Of a stretch of 64,000 nucleotides of DNA, positions 39,419 through 48,605 are shown piece after piece; the stretch's first letter is position 1; each line of letters opens with the position of its first letter. The stretch is from Alphaproteobacteria bacterium (lineage in GTDB: Bacteria; Pseudomonadota; Alphaproteobacteria; DATDPM01): the NCBI GenBank assembly GCA_041498815.1, contig JBGQJC010000008.1, forward strand, positions 4,935 to 68,934, in the 5' to 3' direction. The position numbers were made by a program, and so were the translations under genes. Below the pieces are notes generated by a model that ran no database searches, was not told where the DNA came from, and was given only the letters and a program-made list of their open reading frames with translations.

Positions 39419-40461
39419 GGGAACAGCGGCTCCGCCTCGAGGCCCGATGTTTCGGGCAGGCCGAACATGAGATTCATGTTCTGCACCGCCTGGCCCGACG
39501 CGCCCTTGACCAGATTATCGAGCGCCGAGATCAAAATCGCGCGGCCCTTAACGCGGTCGGCGAAGACGCCGATGTGGCACTGATTCGAGCCGCGGACAAA
39601 CCGGGTCGCGGGCGCCCCCTCCACGACCTTTACGAAAGGTTCGCCGTGGAAGCGGCGCTGAAGCGTTTTGCGCAGGTCTTCGGCCTGCACGCCCTCGGCA
39701 AGCCGCACATAGATCGTCGCCAGGATGCCGCGGTTCATCGGCACGAGATGGGGCGTGAAGGTGACGGTGATGGAACGGCCCGCCGCGAGCGAAAGCTCCT
39801 GCTCGATCTCCGGGGCGTGGCGATGATTGGCGACGCCGTAGGCATGAATGCCTTCGGCCACTTCGGCGAACAAATTCGCCTCGTTGGCGGTCCGCCCCGC
39901 CCCGGTCACGCCCGATTTGGCGTCGATGATGATGTCGTCCGCCGCGATTTGGCCGTCTTCCAGCAAGGGCACGAGAGGAAGCGCCGCCGCGGTCGGATAG
40001 CAGCCGGGGTTGGCCACCAGGCGCGCCTTCGAAACTTGCGGCCGCGCAAATTCGGTCAGGCCGTAAACGGCCTCTTTCTGGAGGCCCTCGGCGCGATGAG
40101 GATGCCCGTACCACTGGGCATAGGTTTTCGTATCCCTGAGCCGGAAATCGGCCGATAGATCGATGACCTTGAGGGCGCGCGGCAAGTTCGCCACGACCTG
40201 CTGCGCCGTGCCGTGGGGCAGGCAGCAGAACACGGCATCCAGCGTGTCGAGCTTCGCATCGGCCAAGCCGACAAGGTCGGGCAGTTCGAGGTCCGCGAAA
40301 TGGGGAAACACCGATTGCAGCGGCTTGCCGGCGTTGCGATCCGCGGTCAGCGTCCTAAGCTTGACGCCGGAATGGCGCGCCAAGATCCGCACGAGCTCGG
40401 CCCCGGTATAGCCGCTCGCCCCGATCACGCCGACGTCGATGGTATTCGATGAGGCCTTCAT
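39415..40461 (-). CDS. argC: N-acetyl-gamma-glutamyl-phosphate reductase
   Basis: GASGYTG, CLPHG, DLSADFR, NPGCYPT, LDNLVKGASGQA. Confidence 0.95.
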   Translation of the reverse strand: MKASSNTIDVGVIGASGYTGAELVRILARHSGVKLRTLTADRNAGKPLQSVFPHFADLELPDLVGLADAKLDTLDAVFCCLPHGTAQQVVANLPRALKVIDLSADFRLRDTKTYAQWYGHPHRAEGLQKEAVYGLTEFARPQVSKARLVANPGCYPTAAALPLVPLLEDGQIAADDIIIDAKSGVTGAGRTANEANLFAEVAEGIHAYGVANHRHAPEIEQELSLAAGRSITVTFTPHLVPMNRGILATIYVRLAEGVQAEDLRKTLQRRFHGEPFVKVVEGAPATRFVRGSNQCHIGVFADRVKGRAILISALDNLVKGASGQAVQNMNLMFGLPETSGLEAEPLFP

Positions 40462-40590
40462 CAGAGGGTCCGTTCCCAGGATACGGGGACGCAATTCCAT
40501 GCCGCAAGCATTCGGTTGCCACCCATCGTGGTAAACGAAAGGGACGCCGGGGCGTCCCTTAGGCCTGCCGCGCGAGCTTTCCGGTTCAAC

Positions 40591-41076
40591 TCATCGCTTG
40601 GAGAATTGGAAGCTCCGGCGGGCCTTGCGGCGGCCGTATTTCTTGCGCTCGACGACGCGGGCATCGCGAGTGAGGAAGCCGCCGGACTTGAGCGTCTTGC
40701 GCAGATCCGGCTCGAAATAGGAGAGCGCCTTGCTGATGCCGTGGCGAACCGCACCTGCCTGGCCGGACAGGCCGCCGCCGCTCACCGTACAGGTCGTGTC
40801 GTATTGCGAGGCCCGGTTGACCGCCTGGAAGGGCTGATCGATCAGCATGCGGAGCACGGGCCGCGCGAAATAAACCTCGCCCACGCGGCCGTTGATCAGC
40901 AATTTTCCGGTTCCACGCTTGAGCCAGACGCGCGCGACCGCATTTTTGCGCTTGCCGGTGGCGTAGGCCCGGCCGAACCGGTCGATTTGCGGCTCCGGCT
41001 TTTCGGCCGGCATGGGGGGCGCCTCGGACTTGGGCATGATGTCGGCCAAGGTCGGCTGGTCGTCGGCCATCATCAC
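40591..41076 (-). CDS. rpsI: 30S ribosomal protein S9
   Basis: [41 protein letters not shown]. Confidence 0.97.
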   Translation of the reverse strand: MMMADDQPTLADIMPKSEAPPMPAEKPEPQIDRFGRAYATGKRKNAVARVWLKRGTGKLLINGRVGEVYFARPVLRMLIDQPFQAVNRASQYDTTCTVSGGGLSGQAGAVRHGISKALSYFEPDLRKTLKSGGFLTRDARVVERKKYGRRKARRSFQFSKR

Positions 41077-41537
41077 GCGATCCTCCGGTTCTTCGCATTC
41101 ATCGCCCCGACGTCGAGGGGTTCCGGATTCTGGGCGCCGTGCGGGTGGTCGGAACCGGCATAGACGCGCAGGTTGCGCATCTGGACCCGGCCCAGGGGCC
41201 CGCGCGGAATCATCCGCTCCACCGCCTTGACGAAGACGCGTTCGGGATGGGCCCCGCTCAGAGTGCTGCCCGCGGTGCGCGTTTTGATCCCGCCCGGATA
41301 GCCGCTGTGCCAGTGATAGACCTTATCGCTCAGCTTCTTGCCGGTGAGCCGCACCTTGGCGGCGTTGATGACGATGATGTTGTCGCCGCAGTCCACATGA
41401 GGCGTGTAGCCCGGCTTGTGCTTGCCGCGCAACCGCAAGGCCACGATCGAGGCCAGCCGGCCCAGGACCAAGCCATCGGCGTCGATCACGACCCATTTTT
41501 TCTCCACGTCGGAGGGCTTGAGGGAAATGGTCTTCAT
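41073..41537 (-). CDS. rplM: 50S ribosomal protein L13
   Basis: [39 protein letters not shown]. Confidence 0.97.
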   Translation of the reverse strand: MKTISLKPSDVEKKWVVIDADGLVLGRLASIVALRLRGKHKPGYTPHVDCGDNIIVINAAKVRLTGKKLSDKVYHWHSGYPGGIKTRTAGSTLSGAHPERVFVKAVERMIPRGPLGRVQMRNLRVYAGSDHPHGAQNPEPLDVGAMNAKNRRIA

Positions 41538-41788
41538 GGCTGCCCGATTGGCTCGATATTTATTTGATATTGGCCGGTCAAAGGGCGCGCAGTATGCCAT
41601 GAAAAATCAGGGCGTCAATGGCGGAAAGCGGCTTTATTCAAGGGCTTTGCGGGTGCGGTACTATGGTAACGCGGCTTACCGCGGGGAGCAAAAATCACCC
41701 TTTCGCCATATTTCGGTCCATCCGGCGCCCCATTGCTTCGGTATTCGTATAGGCAACGAAAAAACGCAACCCGGGAGCAACCGGAGAA

Positions 41789-41974
41789 ATGGATACCCAA
41801 GACCTCGTCTCGGCGCCGTCACGCCCGGCCAAATCCGGCCGATCCGACCCCGCGGCGCCGGCGGCAGATACGGAGATCGACTGGGAGCGGGTGGTCTACG
41901 ACCCCGCCTACCGCCGTTCCGTCCGGGACCAGCTCAATCGCGCCAAGGCGCGCAAGACGGCCGATCCAGAGTGA
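41789..41974 (+). CDS. Small hypothetical protein, 61 aa
   Basis: GGAGA RBS, ordered core IDWERVVYDPAYRRSV, divergent from rplM. Confidence 0.55.
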   Translation: MDTQDLVSAPSRPAKSGRSDPAAPAADTEIDWERVVYDPAYRRSVRDQLNRAKARKTADPE

Positions 41975-42070
41975 GGGCCCTTCGGGCCCGCCGCAGTTTT
42001 CGGGTTTCCGGCGCCATCGCCGCACCGGCCGTCTTTAGTCCCGGCCGCTGAAACATGCCTGGACGGCGCT

Positions 42071-42391
42071 TCACGCCGGTCTGGTTTCGCGCCCAATCCA
42101 AGCCAGGAAATCCGGATTGCCTTGGGTCAGCGGCAGCGCCACGACGCAAGGCACGGAGTAGCTGTGCAGTTCTTTGACGCGGGTGACGAGCATTGGGACC
42201 AAGTCCTGCCTGGTCTTGGCAATCAGCACCGCTTCGCTCGCCTGATCGATCTTGCCCTCCCACCAATAGAACGACGTCATGGAATCGAAAATGTTGACGC
42301 AGGCGGCCAGCCGCTCTTCGACCAGGCGCCGCCCGATGTCGCGCGCCTGATCGGGGGACGCGGCGGTGACGTAAACGAACTCGAAGGACAT
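42071..42391 (-). CDS. cutA: Divalent-cation tolerance protein CutA
   Basis: ERLAACVNI, SFYWWEGKI, LHSYSVPCVVALP. Confidence 0.93.
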   Translation of the reverse strand: MSFEFVYVTAASPDQARDIGRRLVEERLAACVNIFDSMTSFYWWEGKIDQASEAVLIAKTRQDLVPMLVTRVKELHSYSVPCVVALPLTQGNPDFLAWIGRETRPA

Positions 42392-42529
42392 GATAAATTT
42401 CTCCCTTGAAGCCGCGGCCGGTTTTGCAACGCGCGCGTCTTGGCGCCGCGCTCAATCTCGCTTAGGCTAGCGCCGCCCGGTGCGCCCGTCACCTCGAAGA
42501 GCGCATGCCGCATCCGGCAAGGAGCGCCA

Positions 42530-42922
42530 GTGGCCCGGACCGCATTGATCGTCGATGACGACCCGCCGACGCTCCGTTTGTACCGGCTGCTGCTGGAACA
42601 GGCCGGAATGAATGTGATGGCGGCCAACAACGGGCTCGAAGCCATCCGGCTTGCGGTCGAGCACGGGCCCGACCTCATCATCACCGACGTGCGCCTGCCA
42701 TTGGTCTCCGGGCTCGAGGTGGTGCGCCAGATTCGCCGCCACCCATTGCTCCGCCGTACCGCGACCGTCGTGATCACGGCGGTCGCAACCCCGGAAAACG
42801 AGCAATTGAGCCTGGACGCCGGCTGCGACGCTTATCTCGTCAAGCCGGTGCCGGTGCTGACGTTTTTGGCCGCGGTGCGCCGATGCCTGGCCCAGGAAGA
42901 GTTACGGCGCAAGCAGGCTTGA
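42530..42922 (+). CDS. Single-domain response regulator (DivK/CheY-like)
   Basis: AAGGAG RBS with GTG start. IVDD, TDVRLP, SGLEV, ITA, KP. Confidence 0.85.
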   Translation: MARTALIVDDDPPTLRLYRLLLEQAGMNVMAANNGLEAIRLAVEHGPDLIITDVRLPLVSGLEVVRQIRRHPLLRRTATVVITAVATPENEQLSLDAGCDAYLVKPVPVLTFLAAVRRCLAQEELRRKQA

Positions 42923-42947
42923 GGATGGGTTCCGGGACCATAAAATG

Positions 42948-42979
42948 AAACGGGCGGGACCCATGGCCCCGCCCGTTTT
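42948..42979. terminator. Bidirectional rho-independent terminator between the response regulator and pqqA
   Basis: 11-bp stem AAACGGGCGGG / CCCGCCCGTTT with T-rich tails on both strands. Confidence 0.7.
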
Positions 42980-43008
42980 CCGAATTCTCTGTCGACAGAA
43001 ACCTCGGA

Positions 43009-43086
43009 TTAGACCTCGGCGCAAGCGTAGCTGTTGATCTCGAGGCCGACGCAGATTTCAACGATCTTCGGTGTGGTCCAGGTCAT
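43009..43086 (-). CDS. pqqA: PQQ precursor peptide PqqA (25 aa, orphan, not in ORF track)
   Basis: MTWTTPKIVEICVGLEINSYACAEV*, with E-x-x-x-Y core (EINSY) and W-x-x-P leader. AAAGGAG RBS 8 nt upstream. Confidence 0.88.
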   Translation of the reverse strand: MTWTTPKIVEICVGLEINSYACAEV

Positions 43087-43258
43087 TGCGGTGCTCCTTT
43101 TAGGATACATCGGATTAACGATGGTGCCGATAATGCCCCACCGCCGCTGAACCGATACTGAGCGGCCCGTTCATCTGGCATTCAGGATTCGAACCCCGAT
43201 GGCATGGCGGAAGTTCCCGAAGACTCCGAAAGAACGGTCGCCGATGCGGATATGTATC

Positions 43259-43294
43259 TCGATATAGATCAATAAGTTGATTGATCTATCTCAG
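43259..43294. promoter_or_regulatory. Dyad upstream of pqqA overlapping FNR/FixK-like boxes
   Basis: Perfect 10-bp inverted repeat ATAGATCAAT-N6-ATTGATCTAT (43264-43289). TCGAT-N4-ATCAA at 43259-43272. Confidence 0.45.
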
Positions 43295-43335
43295 ATCATT
43301 TCTGAACCAGACGGGGGTGGGATCCGATCCCGCGG

Positions 43336-45807
43336 CTAAGCGGCTTCGGTCACGAGTTCGCGCAGGCGCCGCGCCAGTTCGTCCTTGCGGAACGGCTTTC
43401 CGATCAGATTGACGGTACGGTCGAAAGTGGTGTTCCGGCCCGTGACATCCTCGGCGTAACCGGACATAAAAAGAATCTTGGCCTCCGGGAATAGGCTCTC
43501 GACCATCTTCGCCACGTCGATCCCACTCATACCTTTCGGCATGATGACATCGGTGAGCAGGAAATCGAGCCGGGCCAAGCCGCGGAGGGCGGCTTTTGCG
43601 GACGGGCCGTCGATCGCGGCGATAACCTGGTATCCGAGCGTGGTCAAATAGCGCACCGCCAGATCGCGCACGTCTGCGTCATCCTCCACCACCAAAACCA
43701 CCTCGCCCTGGCCCTGGTAGGAGACGTGCGGGGCCGAAGTCTCGGCCTTTTTGATCTCGGCCACTTCCGCCTTCGGGAAGTAGAGATGGAAGGTCGTGCC
43801 CCGGCCCAACTCGCTCGTCACCCGGATGTGACCGCCGGATTGTTTTACGAAGCCGTAAACCATGCTGAGGCCGAGCCCGCTCCCCTTGCCGATCTCTTTG
43901 GTCGTGAAGAAAGGCTCGAAGATTCGCTCCATGACGGCTTGGCTCATGCCCACTCCCGTGTCGGTCGCGGTCAGCCTGACGTAGGGCCCCGGCCTGATAT
44001 CCGCATTCGGGCCGCGGGCTTCGTCGCCAAGCACAATATTGGCGGTTTCGACCTGAAGCCGGCCGCCGCATTCCATCGCGTCGCGCGCGTTGACTGCCAG
44101 ATTGATCAACGCCGATTCCATTTGCGCCCGGTCGAGCGCGGCGGGCCACAGATCGGGGCTCAAAACCGCGCGGATTTCAATCGACTCTCCCAGGGTGCGC
44201 CGCAACAGCTGGACCGTGCCTTCAACCAGGCGGTTGAGATCGGTTGGCTCCGGCTGCAGCACCTGTTGCCGGGCGAACGCGACCAGATGAGCCACCAGTT
44301 CCGCCCCGCGTCTCGCCGATTTGAGGGCGGCCGCTAGCATCTCGCGCAACACCTTGTTGTCTTTAACGCCATCCAGAATCATTTCCAGATTCATCTGAAT
44401 GACCGTGAGAAGGTTGTTGAAGTCGTGGGCGATGCCCCCGGTCAATTGCCCGACGACCTCGAGCCGCTGCGCCTCGCGAATCCGTTCCTCCACCAGCCGC
44501 CGCTCGGTGACGTCGCGGGCATTGAAGACGATTGCCGCGACGCCCGGATCGTCCAGGAGGTTCCGCGCGACGGATTCGAGAATGCGCCACGAGCCATCGC
44601 TTCGCCGCAGGCGCAGAACGAGCGCATGGGTTTGCCCCGGCGAAACAGAGAGGCGTGCCAGGGTTTCGCGCGCATGCGACAGATCGTCGGGATGCACGAG
44701 GCCGATAAGATCCGTTCCCATAACGGCGGCGGGCTTTTGTCCGAGCACGCTTTCCAGAGACGGGCTTGCGAAGGTGACCCGTCCGCCGCCGTCGAACAGC
44801 AGAATCACGTCAAGCGCGTTTTCGATGAGGGCGCGGAAACGCCGCTCGCGCCGTTCCAGTACCTGCGCGGCTTGTTGGCGTTCGGAAAGCATGGAGGCGA
44901 CCGCCAAGACCGAAAACACGGTCATGCCGAGGAACACCTGGACCAGCAGGACACGATCCGCCAACTCGTGGCCCGGGAGCGCCGCGATCGGGCCGTCGCC
45001 GGAGATCGTGCGCCATACGGCGATTCCGGAAATTGCCATGCCCGCCGCCGAAGCGCCGAAGACGCCGAAACGGTAGGCCGCCCAAAGCAGAACCGGAAAC
45101 GCGAGGAACAGCGGGAAGAAACTAGGCTGGTAAAAGGCGAACTCGGCGATCGCCGCGGTAACCACCAGCACCGCCGCCCCTTCCGCCGCGCGCGCCCACG
45201 AAGCGGCGGCACGGAAATACGAGCCGGTTGCGGTCAGGAAAGCGGGCGCAATGATCAGCATGCCCATGACATGGGCGATCCACCAGGTTCGCCACACCGC
45301 ATCGAAAGCGGCGCCGGTGAAGAGAGCCAAGAGGCTGGCCGCGATCGTGGCGCCGAGCGCCGGGGCGACTATCCCGGCCAGCGATACGAAGCGCACGCTT
45401 TGGCCGAGATCGGCCAAAGTGACGGCGGGCCCGATGAAGCGCCTGACCAACGCCGCGCCGACGACAACCTCAATCATATCGATCGCGGGCAGCCCAAACA
45501 TGCGGATCAGGCTTTGACCCTCGGAGAGATCGACCGCCGCCTGGGCAACTAGCGCGATGACAACGAAAAGGGTCCAGCGTCGCGGGTTGCTACGCAAAAG
45601 GACCGCAATCAGAAGGGCGTTTGGAGGCCAGAAGGCGGCGACATTCCCCGCCTCCTCGCTGAGCATGTCCCCGCCCCATGCGGCCGCGAATATTCCGAGG
45701 AACAGCAAGCCGCACGGAACGAGCAGCGAGCGCCAAATCCCTCGCTCGGCGTCCGCCGCGGGAAGCTCCGCCGCGCCGCCGTTCTGCGGCATCGCGGTCA
45801 GAAACAT
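43336..45807 (-). CDS. Hybrid sensor kinase MASE1-PAS-HisKA-HATPase-REC
   Basis: N-terminal multi-TM (FWPPNA, WWIAHVMG), PAS, GGIAHDFNNLL, NLAVNARDAM, GSGLGL, C-terminal REC. Confidence 0.88.
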   Translation of the reverse strand: MFLTAMPQNGGAAELPAADAERGIWRSLLVPCGLLFLGIFAAAWGGDMLSEEAGNVAAFWPPNALLIAVLLRSNPRRWTLFVVIALVAQAAVDLSEGQSLIRMFGLPAIDMIEVVVGAALVRRFIGPAVTLADLGQSVRFVSLAGIVAPALGATIAASLLALFTGAAFDAVWRTWWIAHVMGMLIIAPAFLTATGSYFRAAASWARAAEGAAVLVVTAAIAEFAFYQPSFFPLFLAFPVLLWAAYRFGVFGASAAGMAISGIAVWRTISGDGPIAALPGHELADRVLLVQVFLGMTVFSVLAVASMLSERQQAAQVLERRERRFRALIENALDVILLFDGGGRVTFASPSLESVLGQKPAAVMGTDLIGLVHPDDLSHARETLARLSVSPGQTHALVLRLRRSDGSWRILESVARNLLDDPGVAAIVFNARDVTERRLVEERIREAQRLEVVGQLTGGIAHDFNNLLTVIQMNLEMILDGVKDNKVLREMLAAALKSARRGAELVAHLVAFARQQVLQPEPTDLNRLVEGTVQLLRRTLGESIEIRAVLSPDLWPAALDRAQMESALINLAVNARDAMECGGRLQVETANIVLGDEARGPNADIRPGPYVRLTATDTGVGMSQAVMERIFEPFFTTKEIGKGSGLGLSMVYGFVKQSGGHIRVTSELGRGTTFHLYFPKAEVAEIKKAETSAPHVSYQGQGEVVLVVEDDADVRDLAVRYLTTLGYQVIAAIDGPSAKAALRGLARLDFLLTDVIMPKGMSGIDVAKMVESLFPEAKILFMSGYAEDVTGRNTTFDRTVNLIGKPFRKDELARRLRELVTEAA

Positions 45808-45872
45808 GGCGCCTCCTGCCGCCGACGCCGCCCCAAACGCGTCATGGACCGGTCAAACCGCCGCGACATGCG

Positions 45873-47570
45873 TCACATTGCCTGCGGCTGAAACAGGAAA
45901 TCTTCCCATTTGTATTTGTGAATGTGCATCGGCACCTCGGCGAGCGGTCCAACCCGGTCGCCGGCGACATAGCGCACGCCCGCGGCAACCGCCGCCATGA
46001 CCATGCTGGTGGTCTGCACGCCGTGGAGGAAGGCCCAAAGCCTGTGGCGGTTCGCCTCGATAACGAATTGATTGATGCGGGCGATCGCCTCCGCTTCGGG
46101 CATCGGTTCGCGCCGCAAATCGGTGCCGATGGCGTGCAGACCGGTATCGATGAAATTCGCGGGCGTCTTGCCCCGCAAGGCGGTGTTCGCCAACACCGCG
46201 CTGCAGAACGGCTTGAGGGAGTTGACGAGTTCCGACAACCGGCTTTGCGGAACGCCGTCCGGCAGATTCACGAGCTCGATCACCAGGTATTTCCGCATGC
46301 GCTCGGGCAAGCGCTGCGCGATTTCGATGTACACCTCACGATACTTAAGCGTGGCTATGGTTTCGAACTGGACGGAGACCGCCATGAAAATTTGAAAGCG
46401 GTTGCGCTGCAGCTCGTCCAGCATGCACAGCGCAGCTTTGAAGGTTTCAAGATCGAGGCGCGCGACCGCATAGGAATCGGACCGGTCGTCCAGGACCGCA
46501 TAGCCGTAGCGCCGCCCGAATCCGGGAAAGAGGCGCATGGGAACGCAGTAATAGGTGGATAGAAGCTTGTTGGCGACGTCCCATACCGGCCGGTAAACAT
46601 AGGTCATCAAGGCGTTGTCGCGCTCGGCATCCCCGAAAGAGGGTAAATCGTCGACGATCCCCCATAGATCCGTGTCGTCGTGCACAGCCGTCGGCCCCGG
46701 CCGCCGCCGCACCGCAGGGGCCTCGAGAGGGCGCGTCGGCAGATTGGGGGGCATCACATAAGGAGCAGGCGTCGGATTCCCGCCGGCGGCTTTTGCAACG
46801 CGCGCCGAATTTTTGACATGCGCCGGGCGTTGCGGCGGCACGTCGGGCCCGGGCCGAGACGTGCCGGCAGGCACGGCCGCCCGCGCAGCAACCGCCCCGT
46901 CGGCGCCGTCACCCTTGATCGCGCGCGGCGCGGGCGCGCCGGCGGTCGATGGAGTCTTTGCGGGTTCGGGGCTTGGCTTCCCGGGCGTGGCTTCGACCTT
47001 ATCGGCCCGGCTTGCGAGATCGTTCAACAGATTCGGAATCGAGATGTCTTCGAAGACAAGCTGGTCATTCACCCTTCCGACCGCGGTCTTGACGGAAATC
47101 GCCCCGGTTTCCGGGGTTCCCAGGAAATAGGCGCATATGTCGTCGGCAATCTTGGCGCATTTCAGACGAGCGGCATCGGTAGACATCGTCGCAAAGACGA
47201 TCAGGTAGTCGCTTTCCGAATACCGCACATGGACGTCGAGCGCCGTCATGTGCTCGTGAATGATTTTCTCCGCGGCCGAATGCACTTTGTCTTTCATTTT
47301 TGGCCAGCGTGCTCCCATCCGCTCCTGAAGCTTGTCGAGACCGATGATGTTGATCTGACCGTAGGGAAGCGTGCCTTTCTTGGCGACGAGCTCTTGCAGC
47401 CTCTTGCCGAAGCGATCGAACGCCGCCTGATTGGGAATCGCATAAGAGCTAAGCGCAGCTTCCGGCGATGCGGCGGCGCTGCGCCCGGCGCCGCTTTCCG
47501 GGGGCGAATCTCGTTCCTTGTCGGGCGCGCCGTAAAGCCAGCCCCGGATTCGCGAACCGAGCGATGCCAC
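45873..47570 (-). CDS. Degenerate GGDEF-like + Pro/Ala linker + degenerate EAL-like protein
   Basis: GGDEF position reads RYSESDYLIVF. C-terminal YRPVWDV...LVIEL...LHGV...YVAG resembles the EAL fold without EAL/DDFGTG. Confidence 0.6.
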   Translation of the reverse strand: MASLGSRIRGWLYGAPDKERDSPPESGAGRSAAASPEAALSSYAIPNQAAFDRFGKRLQELVAKKGTLPYGQINIIGLDKLQERMGARWPKMKDKVHSAAEKIIHEHMTALDVHVRYSESDYLIVFATMSTDAARLKCAKIADDICAYFLGTPETGAISVKTAVGRVNDQLVFEDISIPNLLNDLASRADKVEATPGKPSPEPAKTPSTAGAPAPRAIKGDGADGAVAARAAVPAGTSRPGPDVPPQRPAHVKNSARVAKAAGGNPTPAPYVMPPNLPTRPLEAPAVRRRPGPTAVHDDTDLWGIVDDLPSFGDAERDNALMTYVYRPVWDVANKLLSTYYCVPMRLFPGFGRRYGYAVLDDRSDSYAVARLDLETFKAALCMLDELQRNRFQIFMAVSVQFETIATLKYREVYIEIAQRLPERMRKYLVIELVNLPDGVPQSRLSELVNSLKPFCSAVLANTALRGKTPANFIDTGLHAIGTDLRREPMPEAEAIARINQFVIEANRHRLWAFLHGVQTTSMVMAAVAAGVRYVAGDRVGPLAEVPMHIHKYKWEDFLFQPQAM

Positions 47571-47668
47571 GCCCTACCCCTCTTTCATCCGATTGGCGCG
47601 GAACGACATGCCGAAACCGATTCCCGCGGCGAGAAAAAGCGGACGCGATGCTATGATGGTGACCGCAC

Positions 47669-47685
47669 GGTTAATGATTCGCTAA
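47669..47685 (-). promoter_or_regulatory. CtrA-like box between divergent signalling genes
   Basis: Minus strand TTAG-N7-TTAACC, one mismatch to consensus. Confidence 0.4.
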
Positions 47686-47811
47686 ATGGTTTGCGCGACA
47701 ATTGAATCGCGTGCGGCAACGTCACCCTAAACTTTCGGATAGGATCGCCACAAGATTTGCAGCACGATCTTCGCGCCGTGGACACGCCTGCGTTTTACGG
47801 AGCCGACGAAA

Positions 47812-48195
47812 TTGGCCGAAATTCTGATCGTTGATGACGACGATTTGGTGCGCCGCGCTTTACGCCACGCGCTCGAAGCGGTCGGTCACACGGTGACCGA
47901 GGCCACGAACGGATTGGAGGCCCTGGCGGAACTCGCGCGGCACCGTCCGGCGCTTGTGGTCACCGATATCTTGATGCCGGAAAAGGAAGGGATCGGGACG
48001 ATCATGGAAATCCGCCGTATTCACGGCGACCTCAAGATCATCGCCATTTCCGGCGGCGGCCGCACCGGTCAAGTCGAATTCCTGACCTACGCCCAACAGG
48101 TCGGTGCCGACCGCGTGATCAAGAAGCCCTTCTCCCGCGAGGAGCTGCTGGGCACGGTCACCGATCTGATCGGCCCCCGCCCCGACCAATCTTGA
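47812..48195 (+). CDS. Single-domain response regulator
   Basis: IVDDD, TDILMP, ISGGG, KPF. TTG start. Confidence 0.88.
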   Translation: MAEILIVDDDDLVRRALRHALEAVGHTVTEATNGLEALAELARHRPALVVTDILMPEKEGIGTIMEIRRIHGDLKIIAISGGGRTGQVEFLTYAQQVGADRVIKKPFSREELLGTVTDLIGPRPDQS

Positions 48196-48605
48196 CCCCG
48201 GCCAAAAATCTTAGCCGTGTATCGTCCGCGACGATGACGTGCGCCGGTATTTGCCTGACCCATCGAATACGTTCGTTCGAATGGTGCCGCTCACGCGGCG
48301 TAAATACATATCCGGGAATGCGACGACCGATGCCAGCGAATCGAAACCTCGGCTCATTCTCTTTTTTTTAACCAAAACAATTTCTAATTCATCTGCACGG
48401 GGGAGAAACGGCGGCGCTGCCGCCGACGTATTGCGGCCCATTTGGCCGGCACCGTGCAGAGCCCGAAGCGCAACCGCGCAATGCCGAACCGCTCCATGCG
48501 GCGGCCGCAAACGGTCCATCGGAATGTTTGCGGCCCAACATCGGCCATGGCGGACCGTTTCAAGAATACGGCGCCGGCGACCGCGAACCGCGGAGCGCCT
48601 GACAT

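Noticed and set aside
43087-43110. In-frame upstream ATG extending PqqA by 8 aa
   Set aside because: The strong RBS lies inside the extension and points to ATG 43086.
43183-43202. GGTTCGAATCC-like tRNA T-arm sequence upstream of pqqA, considered as an att site matching tRNA-Pro(GGG)
   Set aside because: Only about 12 nt match. There is no acceptor or CCA similarity, no cloverleaf and no integrase.
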